From the NCBI RefSeq assembly GCF_009914755.1, contig NC_060940.1: a stretch of DNA of 64,000 bases; one strand, 5' to 3'. Source of the stretch: the human T2T-CHM13v2.0 reference genome, Homo sapiens. Positions 26,949 to 40,861 of this stretch are shown piece after piece. The translations under genes were made by a program, and so were the position numbers. The notes under the pieces were generated by a model that made no database searches, had not been told where the DNA came from, and worked only from the letters and a program-made list of their open reading frames with translations. The first letter of the stretch is position 1, and each line of letters starts with the position of its first letter.

Positions 26949-28789
26949 CATTTCCCCATTTTGATTGCTTTGTCATTTAGATCAATTATGAAAGTCCTGT
27001 TTTATTTTGGGAAAGACATTACTCAGAAGTACTTATGTGGATTAATCTTTATAGAAAATATTTAGTTATTACCAATATGCACTGAGAAAAAGCTGCAAAA
27101 GAAGAGATGTGGAGAGTATTTAGATGCTTCCAGGATAATAACGGAGAGGAAAAGCCACACTCTCCAGTTCATCAGAAAAGAGTTTGATTATTCCTTCATG
27201 AATCTTCCTTGTGAATCTCCCAGGAAGCTTCGTGAAGCTCCCTGAGTTTGGTACCGCAGAAGAAGCCCTCCAAAGTAACGCATACAGTAGAAAACAATGG
27301 ATTTGAAAACAAATGCAAATTTTACTATTTGAGCGGGGCTGTAGAGGACATTCCAGTCTAAGATTACCCTTTCATTTAATTCTATGATATACTTCTTCTA
27401 GCAAAAGGAGAAAAAAGAGAAATGTAAAAACACATGTAGCTCTATGGGGGCTCAGGTACAATGGACTGGAAACCTCCTGACAAACTTAGGTCAGAGTTGC
27501 ACTGATGATCTCTGTAAGTGACATAAACGTACATTGCAGATTGAAAGCAAGAGTTAGAGATTTCAGCCAGGCAGAATCTCACAGGGTGGCAGTGCCTTGG
27601 AATGTCACCAAAATCCTGGTCTGGCGCCACTGCAGATTAAAAAAATAGATTCAGTCAGTGGGCCCGATGGTCACTCTCTTAGGAATAGGCTCACAGGTAC
27701 TTAAATAAGGAAAATCTAATATTTAAAGCAAAATGTCAATTTCCCAATTTATAATTGAGGACAAATGTAAGACAGAGCAGAAAGCTAGTTATATTTCTTC
27801 CTGGTTTGAAAATCTACATGGGAAATAAGTAAATTGCATTTTAAAATTTAAATGAATTAAATAAAGGAAAGAAGAACATTTTTCAAGGTTTTAAATTGTA
27901 TATAAATGAGGATGCAGATGAATGATAATGAGGAAATTTTAATTTTTGGTATTAATGGAAACTATAGATATAACTCTAAGTCAAGAGTCCTATTATTACT
28001 CATAATCTTCAAATATGGAAAATCCCAAAAAGACATAGAAATAGAAAAAAAAACAATTAAACATTAAATACCACACTAGATAAAGTAGGACCTGGATGGA
28101 GATGTTTGTATCATTGTCTGTATTCAAAGGATGCGCATGAAAAAAATGCTGAATCTTGCAAGAGGCATCTATTTTTCAAAATTTTCTCGATAACTTTCCT
28201 ATTCGTAGTAACTTGGTTCTAGTAGAGTACTAAAATAATCAGAAAACAGTAAACAAAGTCTCTGTCTCTCCAGAGCATTAATCTGTATTTGTTTATAATT
28301 TTGTATTAAAATATTAGTAAAAGATAATAATCCTATTAAATTTAATTTTCAGGACTGTAGCTCAATTATTATTGCCAAGAGAAACTATAAGGATTGAATG
28401 TTACAATGTTCTATCCATACTTAGGTTCAAAGAAATAATTTCTGATGCATCTTCCTAATTTATCAAAAGAAACATTTTAACAGCCTTAAAGTGACAACAC
28501 TAAAATCCTCTAACACATTAATCATAGAAAATGACATAAAATATGTTCTAAAAGAGCTATAAGTGCAAATTCAATTTTCTATAGACATTTTAAAATGGAT
28601 CAAGGTAGCTTCATTTCATCTTGAATTTATATTACAGTAGATAGGAATCTTTGACTTTTATCATTTTCAGTTGGCATACACAATCAAAGCAATACATGGA
28701 AATGGATTTCTCATGCTTGAGTAACCAGACGTTCTCCTTTCTTAGAACTGTTTTCCCTACTTGCTGTTTTGAAATTCTAGGCTATTATT

Positions 28790-29212
28790 TTAGATAAGTT
28801 TATGGTAGCTGTTGTAACAGAAAGACCCCTGATGCTCAATGGCTTTATACAACAGAAGCTTATTTTGGGCCCACATGAATTCCAATTGGTGACAGGTGTG
28901 AGGATGGGCTTCTGCTCCATTTAGTCATCCAAAGATCTCTACTAAACGGATTCTGACATATTTAACTCTTGGTTTCTAAGATATCCATATTGACATCCAG
29001 CTGGCCAGTAAGAGAAGAAAGAGAAAGGAGGGTTGTGTGCTAGGATTTTATGCACCATGCCTGGAAGTGGTGCACATCACTTCTGTTCACTTCCACTGGC
29101 CAGAACTGAGTCAATGCAGCCTAACCCCAATGGAGGTTAGGAAATGTAGTCTAGCCCTGGGTCTACAGTAAAGAGAGTTGAGTGTGCCGAGCTGCTAGCT
29201 GCTCTCTGCCAA
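28790..29212 (-). mobile_element. ERVL-class LTR (LTR33-like)
   Basis: cctggaagtggtgcacatcacttctgttcacttccactggccagaact...ggaaatgtagtctag motif. Confidence 0.55.
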
Positions 29213-30184
29213 AGTTTCCTTGTTGGTTCACTTTACTGCCACATCCTCATATCTTCCCCCAACTCTCCCAGATCTCAGATTTTGAAAGGTGAAGAGCTTA
29301 CTCCATCAGAACACAGATCCTATGGGAATTGCCTTTCAGATCCTTTGGGAACTGCAGGCTTAGAGTTCACATCCATCTGCTTTTAGGACAAATGGAGGGG
29401 CAGCTAGAGAGAAACTAAGAAAGTTCTGGGCAAGAAGATCTCACTTTGTTGACCCTTCTTCCCAAATTGATGGCCTGTTAGCATCCTACATAGCTTTGCT
29501 CATTTATGAGACTCAGCTTACAACGAAAACATAAATCAATGCCATTTTTGTCATTTTATCAAAAAGCAAAATGCCTTGCAGAGAGAGTACTGTCAATGTC
29601 ATCTTTCCTATTCCAATCATTTGTTTTCCTCCTCTAGCTGGTAGCACAGGCCAATCCTCTGTTCACGATGAAGTGAGGGTGTCATCAGCATAAGTGCTCT
29701 TTCAAGTCAGGGGACATTAGTTTTCAATGGATGTGTACCATTTCTCTTCTGTTTCCTGCTGACACAGGTTGGCTCTTCTGGAAAGACCTGAAGTTGTTCT
29801 TCAGGGCTGAATTGGTGAGTTTTCTGATGAAGCTTATTAATCAATGCTTGGCATAAAACCAGACAGCAAAATATATCATAGAATGCAAGACAAAGACACA
29901 TTAAAATGCCAGATGTTAAGGCACTGGACTGCTCTTACCTTACACGAGTCAGCCTCGAAACTACTCTATCATCCTTGTGTCTCTTTGGTGGTTGACTTTT
30001 AGGGCTATCCTTTGCTTTTAGGGAGGGCTTGGTCATTGTGATATTTCCTGTTATTAAATGGAAAATTTGACTAAAAAAGGAAAGGACGAATGATAATCAT
30101 CATAGCTATGGAGGGCATTCCGTAACTCTTTCAAAACCACAATAGGGCAAAATAGCAGCTGATAGAAATAGGGTGGGAGGGAGG

Positions 30185-30420
30185 GCGCTGAAGGAAAGGG
30201 ATGTGGGTTTGAGTCCCTGCTCTGCTGCTTTCCAGCTGTGGAACTTTGGGGATGTCTCCTAACTATGTATGCCTGGTCTCAGGTTTCTCATCCGTAGCTC
30301 AGGATATTGACTGTACCTTCCATATAGAGCTGTGGGGACGGATGAGTGAGAGAGTGCAGGTAAAATCTCAGCACAATGTTGGGCACAAAGCAAGTCCTCA
30401 AGAACGAAAGCTATCGTCAT
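30185..30420 (+). mobile_element. MIR
   Basis: gggtttgagtccctgctctgctgctttccagctgtg...ctcaggtttctcatccgta...tcagcacaatgttgggcaca. Confidence 0.7.
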
Positions 30421-30547
30421 CATTTTCCCCAAATCTGAAATGCCCCACGTGACATACAATTATCAGCTCAAAACAGAAAACAAAGATGGATGCTAAGGAA
30501 GCATTTAACATACAAGACTCTTGCCAGAAAAGGAGCGGCTATGGGGT

Positions 30548-31121
30548 TGTGACAGGCAGAATTCTAAGTTGGCCCCCAGGATCTCCACCTCTTGGAGCAC
30601 GATTATCCTCCCCCAGTTACTTAGTCAAACACAAATCCAGGTGTTGCTGTGAAGGGATTTAGCACATGTAGGTAAGGTCCCAAATCAGCTGACTTTCAGA
30701 TAGGGAGATTATCCTCAGCGGTCGTGACTTAACCAGACTATACTCTTCCTGGTGAAAAGATTCCAAGCATAGAGGGCCTATGGGAGGGGCCACATGGCAA
30801 GGAACAGCGGCTCCAAAGTGGCTGAAAGCAGTCCCTGACCGAGGGCCACCAAAAAAACTGAGGGACTCTGTCATTCAACTGCAAGGAAAAAAATTCTGCC
30901 AATGACCTGGGGGGCCCAGTAGTGGATCTTTCCCTCACCAAGACTCCCGAAAGGAATGCAGCTCGGCTAACCTTGATCTCAGCCTCTTGAGATCCTAAGG
31001 AGAGAATCCAGCCTGACTATGGCTGGACCCCTTACCCACGGAAACTGAGATCATAAGTTAGCATTGCCTTAAGCCGCTATATTTGTGATAATTTGTTACC
31101 CAGCAAGAGAAACCTAATACA
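30548..31121 (+). mobile_element. MLT1E-like solo LTR
   Basis: TG...CA ends (tgtgacaggcagaattctaag ... atttgttacccagcaagagaaacctaataca); near-TSD ggggt / gggtt. Confidence 0.85.
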
Positions 31122-31758
31122 GGGTTCCATCTATTTGTTCCAAAGATGATAAAAAATGAGCCTTCCTAAGCTTTCCATGAAAATGTCAGCCATAGCTGCC
31201 TTTGCTTTTTCTGCAGTCTGGGGCCTGAAAGCCAGAGTCGTTTGAGCAGCTCGTAAACAACATGTACAGGAGGTATGTGCATGCCTGCAGGGAATATGAC
31301 TGTGCGAAAGATGGAATATTTGCGATCTTTTGTAATTCAGAATTCCGTGACCACTGGTGATGAGTGTTAAGCCCTCCCCTCTGAGGTTTCATATATCTAA
31401 GGATAACATTTGCCTTTTATTTGACAATACGGCAGCAGCACACTTATGCAGTGCTCAGCTCCCAAGGTAAAGCAGCCAGAGCTTTATAGGTTTCCTTATT
31501 GTGTGTTTAATATTTGCCACAAAAGGCAGAAGTGAACACCATTGTTTGCACATGTCACCGCAACAATCACCGGGAGTGTGGCTAATAACTAGGAAGCTTG
31601 AAGAAAATAGCATTGTGCACTTTTCTTCCAAATAACTCATTTGCCAGTTGAAATCTGCAAGAATCTCCTTCCATGAAATAAAGAGAGCAAATAACAATAG
31701 GAAGCAATGTGCAGAGTGAGGGATTTCTTTGGAGTTACACTATTATCTCAGCAGATGA

Positions 31759-32089
<331 letters not shown>

Positions 32090-32239
32090 CCTTTCTCCTG
32101 TTCGTCTTCTAAATGGGGTCTCTGGTCACATAGTTCTTTTCCCCGAAGCGAGTCACTTTGCTGCTTAAGAAAGTTAACTGAAAATTAGGAGATGAGATGC
32201 AGAAGAAATGGTGTAGAGCTTTACACGGGAGGCAATTTA

Positions 32240-32465
32240 AGGTCATAATCAGAAGTGTGGGCTTGAGAGTCTCATGACCTGGTAGTCAACTATGGACTCT
32301 GCCATTCATAGCCAAGTGACCTTGCACTAATTTTAAAATCTAGGTTTCGGTTTCCTTTTATGTTAAATGTTAACTTGAAGATAAAATAAAAGGGTGCTAA
32401 GCATCTAGCACCTCGTCTATCATAGATTACATGCTCAGTCAGTGGTGATCATTACTAATGTTATT
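32240..32465 (+). mobile_element. MIR
   Basis: ctctgccattcatagccaagtgaccttg...gtttcct...gtgctaagcatctagcac. Confidence 0.6.
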
Positions 32466-32528
32466 TTCCAAACTTCCCATCCAGTTCTCCTTCCTGCTGG
32501 TACCCTCCCCAGTCTACACTGTTGACAG

Positions 32529-33481
32529 TGATAGGGACGGGGGGCAGAGGAATTCTAGAAAAGGGTGGGTCCCTGGCGAAACCCTACCTTTAAGCTGAAA
32601 AGCCGGAACCTGTGGCCCAAAGTGAGAACTTATATCTCTGTTTTCCTACTTGAATGTTGCCTTTCCCTTAACCACCCATGGCCCCACCCCATGCCCCAGC
32701 CTGTGCCTATAAAGACTCCAGACTCAGCCAGCAGAGAGGAGAGGCAGCTGGATGTTGGGGATTACAGAGGGGACACTTTGATGGCATAACTTCAGAGAAG
32801 AAGCTGGCTGCAGATGGCCGGACTTCAGGGGAAGATCACCTACCTGCCTCATCTCCTTTTCAGATCCCTTTCCCCCTGAGAGCCACTTTCATCGGCAATT
32901 AAATCTCCCACATTTACCATCCTTAAATTTGTTCATGTGACCTCATTTTTCCTGGCTGCAGGACCAGAGCTCGGGATCCCTGAGTGCAGATACAAAAGGC
33001 TGTCACACTGGCCCTTTGCCCTCATTGGCAGAGGGCAGCTGCCCCATGCGACAAGGCAAAGGGCCCACTGAGCTGTTAACACCTAAGGTGTCCACAGACG
33101 GCAGAGCTGAAACAGCACTGTAACACACCCTCTGGGGCTTCAGGGATTGCAGGCACCGCCCCCGCCCACCGCCCCCAAGATGCTGCCACAGGGCTTGCAT
33201 GTAGTTTGCTCCTGCTGGCACCCAGGAGTGCTCACTCTGGCTCCTGCACCCACTCACCTGTGCACTCCCACCTGTGAGGGGTGGAGTGCAGCAGGTCCCA
33301 GTAAGTGGAGTTTGATCTTGCTGGTGCCGATGCGGTTGGCTGGTTTCAGCACTCATGCATTCCAGTTCCCACCTCATTCGCTTGCGTGCTCCCTCCAGCA
33401 AGGTGTTGAGAGCAGCAGCTGAGTAAGGGACACACTCCCTTCGTGAGTCCCATGAAGGGGTCAGGGAAATATCCTGCTTCA
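32529..33481 (+). mobile_element. Full-length solo ERV1 LTR (LTR28/MER52 group)
   Basis: TG...CA termini, 4-bp TSD acag (32525-32528, 33482-33485), TATAAA 32708-32713, ATTAAA 32898-32903. Confidence 0.85.
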
Positions 33482-34289
33482 ACAGGTTTATCTTTCAGTG
33501 ATCTGATCCTGCTGCTCTCCTGCTGGGGATTCTGCATGGCTCTCCAGTGTCTGGATCAGAGGCACTGAGTCTTTTTATCCTCTTTGAGAAAGCCAGGAAC
33601 CCCTTCATCAAAAAATGCACATACCCCCCCTCCCCGCACCCCCCTCCCCCCCACACACACAACTTTACATACAAGTTCCAGAGCTCAGGGATCCCAGTTT
33701 TTTCTGTTTGATCCATACGTGGACTCACTTTTTATATCTGGGGAATCCATGATTTTGTGTGAATCTCGGTAGGAGGCAGGCTCTCACTGCCATTTGAGAA
33801 GTCACCCAGACTCTCTGCAAACATGGCGGCCCACAATCCAGACTGGTGTACCAGATGAGCTTCTGGTCTGGAGGATCTACTCCCAAATCTTCATAAGACT
33901 TAGGGCCCCACTGCATTTTCTAGGCTTAGTTTCCGGGACACCAGGTCATTTACCTTTCCCAAGTGTCCCAAGTGTCATCTGCATTTAAATATGCTGCTCT
34001 CAGAAAGCGTATCCCCATTTCTCTGCTTTTTTTCTCCTTGGCCTTCAAGTCTCCACTCAAATGTTCCGACCCACGAAAAACTTAAATCTGACAGAAGAAT
34101 GAATCACGTCCTCCTCTGCGCTTCACATTATAACCCAGCTGTATTGTTTGTATATTTGTTTCTTTTATGAGATTATAAACTCTTTGAAGAAGGAAACTAT
34201 TTTGTTTACCCTTTATCTCTCCCCTTAGTACCAGGTATAGGAAAAGGGCTCAAAAGTAGTATTTATTTGTTGGTCAGTAAATATATGGA

Positions 34290-34950
34290 AGGTGTCCAGC
34301 CTCACCAGTAAGCCAAATAAACACAAACTTAAATAACAACAAAATATTTTTTCATCTGTCAGACTTGGCCGAAAAAATCCACAAAAATGTTAGCAAGAAT
34401 CTAGGAGTGATATTTTTCAACACTGCTAGGGGGTAGGACATAAACTGTACAAGTTCTCTGGGACAGAATTCACAAGATGTATCGAGACTTTTAGTTACAT
34501 ACATGTCATTTGACCCAGCAACTGCATTTCTAGAAATTTAGTCAAAGAAAACAATTACAGATGTCAGCAAAATTAAGACACAAGCATTGCTTATAGTAGT
34601 AAAAAACTGGGAACAATCTATCAGTAGGGGATTAGTTAAATCAACTGTGGTAGAGTCAAATGATGCAATAAAACTAGCCAGTAAAAATGATCTGTAGACG
34701 AATATTCCTTAATAATTCATATTAAGTGACTACAATACATTGTTGAGTGAAAATAACTGGTAACAAAATAGTATTGTCCCATGGGAGGGAGTAGGAATAC
34801 AGACAGACCACACACACCATAAAAAATTCAGAAGATACACAACAAAAATTTAATAGTGGTTATCTGCATGATGTGATGACAAGTGATTTTTTTTGTTATC
34901 TTTAACTTCTGTTTGTTCTATAAAGATAATGTTACTTGTGTAACAAGGAG
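34290..34950 (+). mobile_element. Old L1ME 3' fragment
   Basis: ccagcctcaccagtaa...tttgacccagcaactgcatttctag...gcattgcttatagtagtaaaaaactgg. Confidence 0.65.
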
Positions 34951-35079
34951 ACACACATATATATTTATTGAATAAATAACTCAACTTAAAAGGATATGGT
35001 CACTCTTTTTAGAGCTCACTTAATTTTAACTTTGTTTGCTCTCTTGCTGCAGTCTCATTCCCACTTTGTTTCTTAGAAG

Positions 35080-37080
35080 CTTTTAAAAAAATAAATAATA
35101 CATGTAGACAGTGTAACATTCAAATGGATTCAAAGGGTGAAGAGTTTTTCTTCTGCCAGTGCATGGTCACTAGTTACCATCCCCAGAGGTAGCCATTGTT
35201 ACAGTTTTCTAAGGATCCTTCCAGATATACTTTATGATCAATATTTGCATACGTTGTTTCTTACATAAATGGTGCAATACTCTACAGACTGTTCTGCACT
35301 GTGATTTAAATTTTTAAAGTTTGTATCAAAGGTATACATACACACAATTTCAAAAGCCAAATGGTTCTGGAAAAGTTATATTGTAAAAAGCAGCAGCCCT
35401 TGGAATCCACTCTCCCATTTTTCCCATTGCACGAATCCTTACCCGTCAACACAGTCCACCACTGTCAGTTCTTTTAGCCTTTGCTTTTTGGATTTGCCTC
35501 TATATTGCTAAGTACTCTACTGCTACTTCTTAAGTTTTCAGTTTGCACATTATTCATTTATTTTTCCCCATGGTAAATAATAATAGCTTTTTTCTTGCCC
35601 ACTCTCCATGTCTCTCTCTCTCTCTCTCTTTCACTTTCTTCTCTTCATCCTCCCAATATAGTTAACATTTACTTTTTGGTGAGATAGATATTTGCACTTG
35701 CACCATCATGAGTATGCAAACACTAAACTCAGCTGAGCTATAAAAAAATGGTCTATGACGACGTTTCCCTTCTTATACAACGTTCAGGTTCCCAGGAATT
35801 GTTTTCATGTGGTTTTCATGTATCTATCATGGACATCACATTCATCCAAACTCATCCCCAAACTCTCAACCAAAGAGGCAAATTGCCTCTCAATACTTTC
35901 AGAAGCATCTTCTACACAGGTTCCATCTTCTTGGAGACAAATCTCTCCTGGAGCTGCCTGTTCTCCAACTCCCATCTGGACAGGCTGCCCTCTGGGCCTG
36001 CAATGTGGCTGGCATCCTAGGACTGGCAGGCAGCAATATCCTGTGCACCCCTCAGCATTCTCTCCTGTGTTTGAGCCCCTGTTTGCTGAATCCGCGCCTT
36101 CCTAACTGTGGTACAGCACTCTTCAGCGGCCTCCTGACAAAAGGTATGTGGAGTGTAAATTTTTTGAGATTTTTTTATATCTGAAATGTATTTTATCCCC
36201 AGATTTTGTTAGTCTTTTGGCTAGATGATGAATTTAAGATTAGGATTTATTTTCCTTCAGAAAGTAATTTTTTTTTTCCTCTAGTGTTTCTGTCAAGAAG
36301 TCTGATGCCACTCTGGTTCATAATTTTTTTGGTTTTGACCATGATTTTTTTTTAATCTGGAAGTTTCTGCAGCCTTCTCTTTGTGTCCAGTGTTCTGGAA
36401 CTTAGTTATGGTGTGCCTCGACATGGGCCTGTTTCCATCCACCGTGCAGCATATTTGATGAACCTTCTCCGTAAATTCCTTTCCTCTGTTCTGAAAACAT
36501 TCCTTCAATTATTTCTTGGGTAACTTTTTCATCTGCATTTAAGAATCTGCTCTTTTGCAGCACATATTGCGTCTTAGAACTCCTGAACAAACTGCCTAAT
36601 TTTCTCGTCTTTCTCCTAATCTTTTTCTTCTTTTCCTACTTTCTGATAGTTCCTCAATTTTATTTTCCAGATATTCTATCAAATTTTAAACTTCTGGCAT
36701 TATATTTTTAGTATCTATGAGCTTACTTTTGTTCTTGTTCTTTTAAAAAATATCATTCTGCTCTTGTTCATGGATACAAAGTCATCTTTACTTTCCTGAG
36801 ATTTTTAATTGTCATTTTGTTTTATTTTAAACTTTCTTCTTGTATTGTATTTATTTTCTCCAAGTTCTCATTTTTATGTTTTTGGTTTCTTTCTTCTGCA
36901 TTACAGGTTTTCTTGGTGGAGCCTGGTTAAGTATTTATGTTTAAGAGTAAAGCACTAAGGCTGAGTGCAGTGGCTCATGCCTGTAATCCCAGCACTTTGG
37001 GAGGCCAAGGTGGGAGGATTATTTCAGCCCAGGAGCTCAAGACCAGCCTGGGTAAAATAGTGAGACCTCATCTAAAAAAA

Positions 37081-37112
<32 letters not shown>

Positions 37113-38470
37113 GGAGAGGGAGAGGTGGAGAGAGAGAGAGAAAAAGAGAGAGAAAGAAAGAAAGCAAGCAAGCAAGGAAGCCTGCCTGCCTCTGTGTGCT
37201 TGGGTGCCAGCCCACCAAAGGCCACCAGACATTTTAGATGCCCAACTAACAGTTTATTTCTGCCCTTCCTTGTGGCTGGTCAAATTGCCCACAGAAGAAC
37301 CTTCCAATTTTCTGGCCATATTCTGAGAACTGGGGGAGAAGGGCGCTGGAATTGTACCTTTCAGTGTGAAGACTTTTTTGTAGTTCATTTGTTTTCATAA
37401 TGGTATCCTGCCCTCAGCAGTGTCTGTGAAATCAGCTCTCAGTTTAATATTATTCCTTTTAAGGGAAAAAACCTTTTTTCCCTGATGCTTTAAGATTTAC
37501 TCTTTGGTCTTCAGCATCTTTACAAGAATGTGCCTAGATGTGGTTTTGTGGTTTTATCTTGCCTGGTTTTCATAATGCATTTTGATAGCTTGGTCTCAGC
37601 CTTTATCTATTCTTCCTCATCTCGCCTCTTCTCTGGTAACTCCAATAACCATACCCCCCATGTTTGTTTGCTTTATCATCTATTCTGTATTTCTCATCCT
37701 TTTATCTCTGCAGGTTTCATTTTGGGTAGTTTCTTCAGACCTATCTTTGACTTCCACAAGACTCTACTCATCTGGGTCTAATATACAGTTTAATCCATCT
37801 ATTGAGTCTTTAATTTCAATCATATTTTTCAGGTCTATAATTCTCATTTGTTCTTTTTTATAGTCTCCAGAACGCCATCGCATTTCTAAAATTTACTTTT
37901 TATTTCATTGAACATATTGAGCATATTTTAGTTTTCTACTAAGTTGTCTTGTCTCCTTATATGCCTGGTTATTTTAAGACTAACTATTGGATATTGTATA
38001 TACAAATTGTAGAGGTACTTTGAGGCCTAGAATAAAGTTTTCTTCTTCCGGTGATGATACAGGTTTGCTTCTGGGAAAGCTGTTGGGGGAACTAGAATTT
38101 CCATCTTTCAGGCAGAGATTGGCATGATTTGAATTGAGGGTCTGTTCTAGTTTATCCTTGTTCCTAGTGTGCATCCTTTCAGAGTCCCAACCAAAAGTCC
38201 AGACATTTTACCAGAGCCCATCCTCTTCTAATTTTTATCTCCCTAGCCTGACTTGACTCCAATTTTTATCTCCCTGGACATGTAGGTCTTTAGAAAGCTA
38301 CTTTTAACTTTTCAATGTCTTCTGGAGCCATATAGGAAAAGCAGTCCTAAATGCTGGGCATACATCTCTTGGTTTTTTCCTTTTGTGTTGTCACTAGCTT
38401 TGTTGCTCCCCAGTTTCTCAAACTCATGATTTTCTCATTTTGTCCAGCTTTTCTCCTTGTTCTTAGAGGG
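35080..38470 (-). mobile_element. Degraded old L1M/HAL1-like fragments
   Basis: T-rich L1-like sequence (agaagtctgatgcc, ttcagcatctttacaagaatgtgcctag); boundaries approximate; interrupted by a FLAM. Confidence 0.5.
36959..37180 (+). mobile_element. FLAM / Alu left monomer with (GA)n-(GAAA)n-(GCAA)n tail
   Basis: Single monomer 36959-~37075 followed by purine microsatellite. Confidence 0.85.
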
Positions 38471-38780
38471 AAATAGTTTGGAATGACAGATTAAATAGAA
38501 AGGCCTTGAACCCTGATGTGCTAAGAGTCCCTTTTGGTCAAGCAATTGTTCTACTGCTTGATTTCTCTATTTGTTGAAAAAGTAGTCTGTAAAAATTATG
38601 AGGTTAATGGACTTTGATTATTGGGGAGGCAAGTATATCTAATTCACATTGTTTTCAAGTAATATGTACCAATAATCTTTTAGGTTACTAGCTTAGCATC
38701 CTTGAACAAAGACCATCATCTTTTGAGAGTCATCACCTTCTCAAGACTCAGTGAAAGGTGTCAGATCAAATGCAAGGCAT

Positions 38781-38821
38781 GATGGTTAAAATAAAAGGAA
38801 AGATGGTTAAATAAAAGGAAA
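38781..38821. repeat. Local tandem duplication (gatggttaaa[a]taaaaggaaa x2)
   Basis: Direct reading. Confidence 0.85.
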
Positions 38822-39274
38822 CAGGACAGCTCCTGAGCACACAGGCATGATTTACACAGTGCTAGGAAGCATCTTTACAAACAAGTAAGCTTCAAGATAG
38901 AAAATCAGAAAGTTAATGGACCTAAATTTTCTAAATAGCAAATTATTTCTTAATAAACCCATTTTCTTTGTTATGGAAGGACATATGTACACTCATCAAT
39001 ACAGATGTTTTATATTTTATAAGATGGCTTCACTGTCAAAAATTAAGAGAAACAAGTCAAGAGTATGGAAAAGACAGCATTAGAGCTCCCATTTCACAGA
39101 CATCTGTACTACGTGGATCAGTTTGTTCTAAACCTTAAGGCCTCTCTGAGTGTCCCTTATTTCTTTTCCTTTTCCTTATCTGAGAAAAATAAAAGACCTT
39201 CAAATGTAGTGTCACAAAAAGTTATGTCTTTTCACAAGCCATTTCACTTGGCTCTTTTTGTCTGTCAACATTAA

Positions 39275-39500
39275 TAATCAAAGCTACCATTTGTTGAATG
39301 CTTTTTTTCAACAGGTACTTTTTACATATATTTGCATATTTAATCTCCTAAATGCCATTATTAGTTCCATTTAAAGAGAAGGAACCAAAGGCTCAGAAAG
39401 GTTAAATAACTTGCCTAGAGTTAGTGAATGCAGAACCAGGACAATTTCAGATCTGTCTGAAAACAACATCCTCACTTTTGATGGTACAGTATACTATCTC
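39275..39500 (-). mobile_element. MIR
   Basis: agctaccatttgttgaatgct...ggctcagaaaggttaaataacttgcc. Confidence 0.7.
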
Positions 39501-40861
39501 AGTACTCATACACTGAATAACTGCTTGTTGAATGACTACATATGTAAGGCAACTGTGCATGGCACATGATCATGTCTGCCCTCATATAATGTTGCCCTTC
39601 CCTCCCGGATGCATCCCAATTCAATGTCCTAACACCCCAGAGGGAGATTTTTTCCTTCCAAAGCACAAAACTTATTGTTGCATGCAATTTCATTGCAACT
39701 GACATTAAAAGAAGACATACTCCAGGTGCCATCCTACAAAGAGTTTTATCATGTCACATACACTTCTTCAGTCTCTGTCCTTTCGTTTGTGACAGGGAAG
39801 AGAAAACGAAACAGAGGTAGAATAAAATTTTTTCCTTGATAAACATCATATAATCTAGATGGATGTGTGTAGGGGATTTAATATCATTAATAAATCTCTA
39901 TACTATGCTACTTAATGTATTTCTTCTTGTTTTTCTTCATTACATAAAAACATTTATTTGATTTTGTACTGGCTTAATGTTGAATATGACTGTATACTAT
40001 CAGTGCACAAAACAGGAAGAGTCAATGCTTTAGTTGATAATGACCATGACAGCCATCTCTTAAAAGGGACATAAATCGAGTTGATGATGATGCTGGTAAT
40101 GGGGAAGAAACATAAATTTTTATGGGGGAGAGAAGGTGGGATTTAAATAAAACCCACAACAGATCCATAAAAGGAAGTTTTACCTTAATTTCCTTTTGTA
40201 ATGATAGGTGCTAGCTGTATAATTTAGTTGGAAAAAATATTTTTAAAAAACTAATTAAGAGCTGAGATGGACAAAATGAAGATGGACAGGCTTGCAAGGA
40301 ATGCAGGAGACCAAGGTATTTTCCTTTTGTCTTCTGAACAGCCCTTAGTGACAAGGAAACCAAACTCCCTCCTTTAATTTTGGCTTCATATTATTCTCAG
40401 ATGAATCATATTCAATCAGTAGAGCTTTCATTCTAAATTCAAGGAAGGTGCTGACCCATCATCATGTTAAGTAACACTCCATCAATAGCTTTCTTTCTCT
40501 CAGTGTGGTTTATAATCAATATAAACTGCTGGAATCTATCTTTTGGGTTTTACATTAAGCTTTGGCAAAATGAAAAAGGTCTCAGGTGGGGTTGGGGGTG
40601 GGGGTGAGGGGCTCACAGCTCTCTGTTAAGCACAAACCTTTGCTTCTGGAAGTCTCTTAATACTATTATTACTGGTATCACTGTTATCCTCTTTGGCACT
40701 AAACGGGTCACTTCAGATGGCTCAGGAAGAACCCAATCCATTTTGGAATGACCATGACTTTTATGTGGCAAAAGAATAGATGCCCACCAAGATAAACTAG
40801 AATTTTCTTCTCTTCTTATTCCCTTATTCCTGTCAGTTTCTTTTTTAAATGATATATTTTT

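Noticed and set aside
27110-27320. Exon-like composition in intron 18
   Set aside because: The frames I translated hit stops and I found no convincing acceptor/donor pair; exon 18 to 19 is already in frame.
33003-33482. 159-aa minus-strand ORF
   Set aside because: Lies within the GC-rich ERV1 LTR; no recognisable protein.
35748-36184. Three overlapping + strand ORFs of 90-125 aa
   Set aside because: Stop-poor stretch within degraded LINE-like sequence; no homology recognised.
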